Positions 57,368 through 64,000 of a stretch of 64,000 bases of DNA are shown piece by piece. The stretch lies in the NCBI GenBank assembly GCA_050951805.1, contig JBMNJT010000004.1, positions 128,001 through 192,000 on the forward strand, written 5' to 3'. The stretch comes from Bacillota bacterium. Its GTDB lineage: Bacteria > Bacillota > DTU025. The translations under genes and the position numbers were made by a program. Every line of letters begins with the position of its first letter. Within the stretch, counting starts at the first letter, position 1. The notes below the pieces were generated by a model. That model had not been told where the DNA came from. It worked only from the letters and a program-made list of their open reading frames with translations, and searched no databases.

Positions 57368-58486
57368 ATGGCCGGAGAAAGCTTTGTATGCTTTGGCTAC
57401 TATGGCAAGCAAAATCTGGGGGATGAAGCAATACTAGCATCCTTTCTACACGAGATCGAGAAGTACGGGCACGACAGGTCGCGAGTTCGTGTAGCTACAG
57501 CTGATAGAACAGACACGGTAAAAAGGCATGGCGTTATTCCTATCAAGCGGTTCTCCATATTCGCCAGGGTTGCGGCTGTTATGCGTAGTGACCACATAGT
57601 GCTATCTGGAGGCGGCTGGCATTTCCAGAAGCTATGGGTTGCCTCCTATGCAGCCTTAACAGCGCTTCTCGCAAAGCTCTTGGGCAAGAGCTTTTCCATT
57701 ATATGCATAGGTGTAGAGCCAATCACACGTCTATCATCAAGGCACCTTGTAAGGGCAATTCTTGGTGCTAGTGACTGGGTCAGCGTGCGTGATGAAGAAT
57801 CGGCACAGGAGCTGCTCAGAACGGGTGCGTCTACTAGAGTGGTTGTGGCAGCCGACCCAGTGTTTTCGGAAGTCTACAGCAAGGTGGCGCAATCGCAGCA
57901 GCGTGTATACCGAGGGCCCTGTTCCCGTCCTGTTATTACTGTTTCCCTTCTTGACGCACGGGGTGCCAAAAAATATGCAGCCATTCGCGAGGATTACCCT
58001 AGTATTGTTGACGGTATTGTCGATAGACTCGATGCTGAAGTTGTCCTAGTCTGCACGTCTCCTGGAGAGGGCGACATTGAGGTTGCCAGGTATGTACAAG
58101 AATCGTGCACGTGTCCAGACAGAGTGCATATTTACGAGTGCGGAGAGAGCCTAGTTGATTTGATGCCAGTAGTAGCTTCATCTGATCTCGTGGTTGGAAT
58201 GAGGTATCATGCGCTTGCAACGGCAGCACTTGCTGGTGTTCCGTTTGCCGCAATAGCAAGGAGCCCAAAAGTTCAGAGTATATGTGATGTGTTGGGGCAG
58301 CCAGTACTAGCTCATGTCAACTGCTACGACGGTGACGATATTATTGAGGGGGTTTGTGAGTCATTTGCCCAACGACAGTCTCTGGGAAAAAAGCTGAATG
58401 AGAGAGTGCCGATGATGGTAGACAAGTATCACTCTTCAATGGAGTCTTGGGTGAGAATGCTAGCGAGGCGCAAAGCAGGAGCATAA
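57368..58486 (+). CDS. Polysaccharide pyruvyl transferase (CsaB family)
   Basis: GYYGKQNLGDEAIL, LSGGG, SVRDEES, ADPV and VGMRYHA. Confidence 0.88.
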   Translation: MAGESFVCFGYYGKQNLGDEAILASFLHEIEKYGHDRSRVRVATADRTDTVKRHGVIPIKRFSIFARVAAVMRSDHIVLSGGGWHFQKLWVASYAALTALLAKLLGKSFSIICIGVEPITRLSSRHLVRAILGASDWVSVRDEESAQELLRTGASTRVVVAADPVFSEVYSKVAQSQQRVYRGPCSRPVITVSLLDARGAKKYAAIREDYPSIVDGIVDRLDAEVVLVCTSPGEGDIEVARYVQESCTCPDRVHIYECGESLVDLMPVVASSDLVVGMRYHALATAALAGVPFAAIARSPKVQSICDVLGQPVLAHVNCYDGDDIIEGVCESFAQRQSLGKKLNERVPMMVDKYHSSMESWVRMLARRKAGA

Positions 58487-58823
58487 CATAATCTGCAGAG
58501 GGTTTCAGATTCTCATAGTCTCTGGTTCTGGTTTAGCTGGCCCATGGCAGTGCATAGGTGGTATCCGGAATAGACTCTACGTGATCGGTTGGTGTCGACC
58601 GGCAATTGCATCATATGCGGACCTCAGGACAGTAATTAGAGAGCGTAGATGTCAACTGGCGAACTTGGGCAGCATGTCATCAAGGAGTCTATTAGTGGTT
58701 CATCTCTTGGTTGGCCTTGGATGGTCCCAGGTAAGCGTGTGTGGCAAGCATCCTAGCGAAGTAACGTGTTTGGGCATGTTTGGTGTTTTCCTGGTGCATA
58801 GACATCGAAGTTTGGAGGCAACA

Positions 58824-60269
58824 ATGAGGAGCGAGATCAATCTACATAGGAGTTTTGTGCTGATTATCTTAGGCATTGCTAGCGGACTCGCTGCTTTGCT
58901 CATAAAACGACTCGATTACGCATTGTCAATTGCGTTTATCTGGATAGCATTAGTTGTCATTGTTGTATTCCCAGAATGGAAGCTTGGGGTTGTGCTAGCA
59001 GTGCTTCTTGGTGCTCCTCCGTTTATAGATTACGAATTGGCTTGGACTGCCATCACTGCATGGCGGTCACGATCCCATGGAGCCATTAGGCTAGACATTA
59101 CTCAACCGATTCTGTGTGCTTTTGACCTTTGCATCATGTTAGCGGCAGTAGCAAGCATTTATCAACGCAGAGCCTCAGAAAATACGCGTGCAACTCATTT
59201 GCCCCTATGGTACACAATTGGGTTGCTGCTTCTCTCGTGCCTGAGGCTAGTGTCTTCTGCTAATGCCATTATTCATTATCCACAATTTTCGCAGACTGCA
59301 TGGTCTGGCATAACCAGCATACTGAGAGTGCCACTCGTTACCTTGGTAACCGCCACATGCCTTTCGAGTGGTAGGGGTGTGCGCAGTACGGAAGTCGGCC
59401 TATCTGTAGGAGTCATTCTATTTGTTGCCCAGAGCCTTTATGTGTCTGCTGTCAAACATGGTGGGCTTACGTTTGGTTACATACAGTTGACGGGGCTCGT
59501 ACCCGGGCCGGGGGCTACTGGAGCTTTGATGGTTCTTGTAGTACCAATTCTGGTTAGCGGTGCATTGATCGCTGCGGATTATCGTCATAGAAGCATCATG
59601 ATCGTTGCATCAATTGCCGGATTAGGCTTGGCTCTCCTAACATACTCGCGTAATGTGATAGCCGGGGCAATGGTCTCAGCCTTGGTGCTCTATATAGGAT
59701 CGAGGCAGTCGGGATTTCACATGCCACGTAAGGTCGTAGCGGGATTTGTGTTAGCTATTGTTGCAGCATCAAGGATTGCGTCGGACTGGGTAATGACCAA
59801 ATTCCGCGCTACGTTTTCAGCCGATCTGGGTTCCAGGATCAATTTGGGAGCCCGATATGCTATCTGGGGTCTTGCGTGCACCTTGATAAAGGCCAACTGG
59901 CTATTGGGTCATGGTACAAACATGTGGGGTATTATTGCGCCGGGCTCTGCAAAGAATGTACATAACGCGTTCCTCCAGTTCGCTATCGAGAACGGAGTCC
60001 CTGCACTCATACTGTTTATCAGCTTGGTTGCGTTAGCTTGTGTGCATGGTTTCAGTGATTTACGCCAAACGGAATTTGCTTGCACCAATGAGCTAGCGGC
60101 TTTCAAGTTGGGAGCTTTATCTGGGTTGATTGGCTACTGCACAAGTCAGCTTGTATCAAGTTCACTGGGACATGTGAGAGTCAACCCTGTGTTTTGGATT
60201 GCAGTCGCCGCGTTGCTGGCCCCGCAATATAAAACAGGGGAGGAGGTTGATTCCATTGGGAGGCGATAA
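58824..60269 (+). CDS. O-antigen ligase/Wzy-type polymerase
   Basis: Polytopic membrane protein; LLTYSR, R..IW..A..LI....LLGHG and VHNAFLQFAIENG (Wzy_C). Confidence 0.85.
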   Translation: MRSEINLHRSFVLIILGIASGLAALLIKRLDYALSIAFIWIALVVIVVFPEWKLGVVLAVLLGAPPFIDYELAWTAITAWRSRSHGAIRLDITQPILCAFDLCIMLAAVASIYQRRASENTRATHLPLWYTIGLLLLSCLRLVSSANAIIHYPQFSQTAWSGITSILRVPLVTLVTATCLSSGRGVRSTEVGLSVGVILFVAQSLYVSAVKHGGLTFGYIQLTGLVPGPGATGALMVLVVPILVSGALIAADYRHRSIMIVASIAGLGLALLTYSRNVIAGAMVSALVLYIGSRQSGFHMPRKVVAGFVLAIVAASRIASDWVMTKFRATFSADLGSRINLGARYAIWGLACTLIKANWLLGHGTNMWGIIAPGSAKNVHNAFLQFAIENGVPALILFISLVALACVHGFSDLRQTEFACTNELAAFKLGALSGLIGYCTSQLVSSSLGHVRVNPVFWIAVAALLAPQYKTGEEVDSIGRR

Positions 60270-60981
60270 CCATTTAACAAACAGGATTGCTGTGCTAATG
60301 TACCACGCAGTCACTCAACGCCCGCTATCCCCATTCGATGTGAGTACATCTACTTTCACAGCACATCTGGACGCAATTTGCACAGCTGTAACTAGTAAGC
60401 CAAGTGATGTGAGTATCATACTTACATTCGATGACGGCCTGATCAGCCACTATGAAACTGTACTGCCGGAGCTAGCCACGAGAGGAATGTCCGGATTGTT
60501 TTTTCTGTCTCCTGGGCTTATCGGAACACCGGGATTCATGGAATGGGAGCATGTTGCGAGTTTGTTGGAGATGGGCATGACCATAGGTTCGCATTCGATC
60601 AGCCACGTAAACTTAGCCCTCTTGGATCGCGACGAGGCGCTTCGAGAGATGCTTGAATCCAGGATCATGCTAGAAGATCGCCTTGGGATAGAGATTGCTG
60701 ATTTAGCTCTGCCGGGAGGATTTGCTCCACGAGACGTAGAACAGCTGGCTACACTCACCGGGTACTCAAGGGTTTTTACTTCAGCGCCATTGCTGTGGGA
60801 TCGGTACTCGATGTGCGTACCTAGAATATGTCTGCGAGAGACCGTTAATTTAGCGGAAGTCAATCAGATTATTGCTGGTACTAGGTCCCAATATGTGAGA
60901 CAAGAACAACTCAAGTATGCAGTTCGGGTGGTTGCTGGACCAAGGATCTACTCGAAGTTACATGATTTGTTTCGCGGATAA
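60256..60981 (+). CDS. Polysaccharide deacetylase (CE4)
   Basis: VLMYH, LTFDDG, IGSHSISH and ALPGG. Confidence 0.87.
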   Translation: MGGDNHLTNRIAVLMYHAVTQRPLSPFDVSTSTFTAHLDAICTAVTSKPSDVSIILTFDDGLISHYETVLPELATRGMSGLFFLSPGLIGTPGFMEWEHVASLLEMGMTIGSHSISHVNLALLDRDEALREMLESRIMLEDRLGIEIADLALPGGFAPRDVEQLATLTGYSRVFTSAPLLWDRYSMCVPRICLRETVNLAEVNQIIAGTRSQYVRQEQLKYAVRVVAGPRIYSKLHDLFRG

Positions 60982-61294
60982 TAGGTTACATATGCAAGCC
61001 GGAGTGCAACTCGAGAAATGTCAATGCCTTTTGCTCACCTTACTCTCGTGATTTGCGTTAGGTGGTGGTCTATAGGCTGGGTGGAGATGCAGTAATAGCC
61101 CAACAGCATCCACATCAAGTCGCCTTCTAGTTTGCAGTGATGTATCCAGGCAATAGACTCTTATCTTCCATCATTGACCTTGCGAGCGAATCTAGCGACA
61201 TGCTGGTTTGAAATATCGGAACCATACTGCTGTGAGACATGGCGTCATGCCTGTTACTATTTTTGAAATACATAACAAGGATGGAACGTCAAGA

Positions 61295-62517
61295 ATGATA
61301 ATATGGATTGTCAACCCCTTTGATGGGATACCGGGAGAGGCTAGTAGACCCGGAAGATACTGGGCTCTAGCAGAGTTGTTGTCATGCCGGGGGCATGAAG
61401 TAACCTGGTGGTCCTCGAGCTTCAGCCATAGGTTCAAGACTAGGCGAAAGCTAGGGCCGGTAGGCGCCAATAGCTTCTCAGTCAAGTTGATAGATACATG
61501 TTCATACGAAAGGAACGTAAGCCTTGCAAGAGTTTCGAATCATCGTCAGTTCGCTAATCAATTCTATGAGATGGCCAATAGAGAATTGTGTGAGAGCCCT
61601 GAACTACGGCCTGATAGAATTGTCGTGAGCATGCCACCAATATCGCCAGCAAATGCTGCGATCAGACTACGAGACAGGTGGGGGGGGGGAAGGTGATAGT
61701 GGACATACAGGACGCGTGGCCAGAGACATTTCATCGCCTTATTCCTGGAAAGGGGAAGCTACATGATTGCCTGTCAAGATTGGTTTTGTTGCCTTGGTAT
61801 AGGCTTGTTAAGCATGCGTATACCAAGGCCGACGCGATAACGGCAGTTGCCCAAACGTATGTAGATTTATCAGGTGCTGATGAACGTGGTCAACCCAGCT
61901 GCGTCGTGTACTTGGGAGCCCCCTTTGAACGGCTAGATATCCCCATTAGAACAGAGAGCAAATCAGGATCTCCATTTACATTTGTTTATTTAGGAAGCAT
62001 GTCTATGAACTACGATCTTGAAACAGTACTGCGAGCTGTGGCCCTGCTAATGCACGACAAGCAGAACTTCAAAGTTATCTTTGCGGGGGCTGGGCCCCAT
62101 GAGGAAAGACTTAGGAATCTTAGCAAAGAGTTGAAACTAGAGTCTATCATTGAGTTTGCGGGATACCTTGAATATGATCATGTAGCGAGCCTGTTGCGAA
62201 AATGCCACTGCGCCCTTAACCCAATAGTACCAGAGTGTTGGTGTGCGATGCCAAATAAGGTTGCAGATTATTTCGGCGCTGGTTTGCCCGTAATTAACAG
62301 CATTCCGGGTGAACTATCTGAACTGATTAGGACTAATGATGCAGGGGCATATTACCAAGCCAGGAATGCAGAGTCACTTGCGGCTGCCATGACTGAATAT
62401 TTGACACATCCCGAGATTGCAGAAAGACAATCACCGAACGCGAGGCGTGTCGGATGTGATTTGTTCAAGAGAGAGACTACTTATGTCGAGTTTGTTCAGT
62501 TCATCGAGGAATTATAA
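61295..62517 (+). pseudogene. GT4 glycosyltransferase split at a G10 tract
   Basis: N-half ends RDRWGGGR*; C-half begins KVIVDIQDAWPE and contains MPNKVADYFGAGLPVI; G tract at 61680-61689. Confidence 0.82.
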
Positions 62518-62699
62518 CAGGCATACGGACTTAGAGGATCAAAGATCTCCGTGGAGGTGTGGAACTGCAGGCAACAGTCACTCAGCGACTTATGTAGGGC
62601 AAACCTATACTGCTGGCGAGTGCTGTAGCGCTCGGCGTCGAGGCCATCACCTTAGGCATGGTGTTCAGTTCATTTAGCCTCAAGACTTGGCAGGTCAGC

Positions 62700-63203
62700 T
62701 GTGTAGCGCATTGGCGGATGGGTCGGTTGCACAAAAACATGAGTAAGCTGCTACGTAACGATCTGATTGCCCTTGATGAACTCGGCTACATACAGCTTGA
62801 TACCACGGGTTCAGATCACTTGTTCCAATTGGTTGCCAAGGCGTACAAACGGAGCTTTCTGATCGCCACCAGCAACCTTGATTTCCAGGACTGGGGACAA
62901 CTCTCCGGCAAGCCGGCAACGGAAACTGCGTTTCTAGATAGGCTCTTGCGTCACGCCCGTGTGCGTTCACTAGAAGGCGACAGCTACCGAATACGCCATC
63001 GCCTTGCATCACCGATGGTGGCATAAGCACCTAAGCCTCTGCGAATGGAAGAAGGAATGCACATAAGGCTGACATACATCATACATCGCGACCAATATAC
63101 ATTAGGGGGTGGAGGCTCATACAAGGCTCTTGCTCGGAGGTTCGTTGCTTTTTCCTTGGGGATTTCTCATGGCACAAGAAGATATTCCCAACTGGCATTG
63201 ACA
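62700..63203 (+). mobile_element. istB: IS21-family remnant: istB C-terminus and right end
   Basis: DLIALDELGY, LFQLV, ATSNL.FQDWG and LDRLLRHA....LEGDSYR; the terminus ...CAACTGGCATTGACA at 63203 resembles IS21 ends. Confidence 0.78.
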
Positions 63204-63219
63204 CTGGGAGGCTAGCAAT

Positions 63220-64000
63220 ATGAAAGGACATCGTCGGACGCTTTTGGAGGTTCTTGTCGAGACTAACAAGACAGTAAGCCATAGGGCACGTTTGCGTCTT
63301 TTTTTGAAGGATCCCGATAGAAAGCCTATGGCTCAAATGTTATGCGAGATCATACAACTATGGATGCGCAATGGTATATCTCCAATTGACTACTACAGTT
63401 ATCTGATGTTTAAGAAGGATGTTGTCAACATGCAGGATTACGTGGGCAGCCGTGCCTCTAAGATACGGGAGCACCTAGATGATTCATATTATTCTTGGTT
63501 CTCTCTACTTGATAATAAGCTCTATTTCCACCTGTTTTTCGCCGACAAACCTATTCGCATCCCCAGATTGCTGGGATACAGTTTTGGTTCGAGGGTTTTT
63601 GCTAATGGCGAAGAGCTAAGCTTGGCAGGTAGAGATGAATGTGTGGCTGCGCTGCAACTCATTGCAAGTATGTCCAACACGGGGAGCGTTTTCGCAAAGC
63701 CGACAGACAGTCTTGGAGGACAGGGAGTCTACCGATTTTCAGCGGATGAGATCACCAATATGGTAGCTCGGGATTACCATAACTTGGTCTCCGCCGACTA
63801 CATTTTTGAGGAGACAATATTGCAGCACGACACAATGTCCGTTATCCATCCTCATTCGGTTAATACCCTGAGAATCGATACATTTAGAGATGAAAATGGT
63901 AATATACTTCCAATCTCGGCCTATATGCGTATGGGTACTGGTGGTCACTATGCTGATAACGCTTCTACGGGTGGCTGCTTTGCAGGCATTGATCTATTTT
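63220..64000 (+). CDS. Sugar-transfer-associated ATP-grasp protein (partial; not in the ORF track)
   Basis: Manual translation is open to the window end: LLDNK, FAKP....GG.GV, IFEETILQH, HPHSVNTLRI and R.G......DN...GG; GGGAGG RBS. Confidence 0.82.
   Translation, partial: MKGHRRTLLEVLVETNKTVSHRARLRLFLKDPDRKPMAQMLCEIIQLWMRNGISPIDYYSYLMFKKDVVNMQDYVGSRASKIREHLDDSYYSWFSLLDNKLYFHLFFADKPIRIPRLLGYSFGSRVFANGEELSLAGRDECVAALQLIASMSNTGSVFAKPTDSLGGQGVYRFSADEITNMVARDYHNLVSADYIFEETILQHDTMSVIHPHSVNTLRIDTFRDENGNILPISAYMRMGTGGHYADNASTGGCFAGIDLF

Noticed and set aside
58581-58823. N-terminal 81-aa extension of the Wzy-like ORF
   Set aside because: A better start with a GGAGG RBS lies at 58824, and the extension has no recognisable character.
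1-64000. CRISPR array or cas genes
   Set aside because: No short regularly spaced repeats were seen. The 16-bp repeat ending in an ATTGAAA-like run is an IS target duplication spaced about 1.5 kb apart.

Overview
A 64-kb chromosomal window from a GC-rich anaerobic Bacillota-like bacterium. A Met T-box and sigma28-like promoters point to Bacillota, and a Wza-like export protein suggests an outer membrane (inference). From left to right: (1) two MinD/ferredoxin ATPases; (2) a decaying defence/stress island at 1.2-5.4 kb with an intact membrane-anchored Schlafen/AlbA_2 gene, an intact HigA-IrrE antitoxin, and pseudogenes of peroxiredoxin, Fur/PerR, HigB, AbiEi and a group II intron RT; (3) an RpiR-associated AfuABC-like uptake operon with a HAD phosphatase, and a MarR-associated heterodimeric ABC exporter; (4) maa, an orphan T7 gp6-like exonuclease, and two tandem IS1202-family elements with a triplicated 16-bp target abutting a -35 box; (5) a Met T-box operon joining metF and metH to the sulfide-dependent homocysteine genes known from methanogens; (6) two 36-aa Cys/Trp-rich membrane microproteins absent from the ORF track; (7) a sigma28-type MCP/c-di-GMP cluster, tRNA-Glu, ppaC and tRNA-Val; (8) a Wzy-type polysaccharide locus with a 2275-aa Wza/OPX-like protein of about 25 SLBB domains, followed by a lower-GC cassette with a poly-G-frameshifted glycosyltransferase. 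All calls come from reading motifs by eye; no database search was run.
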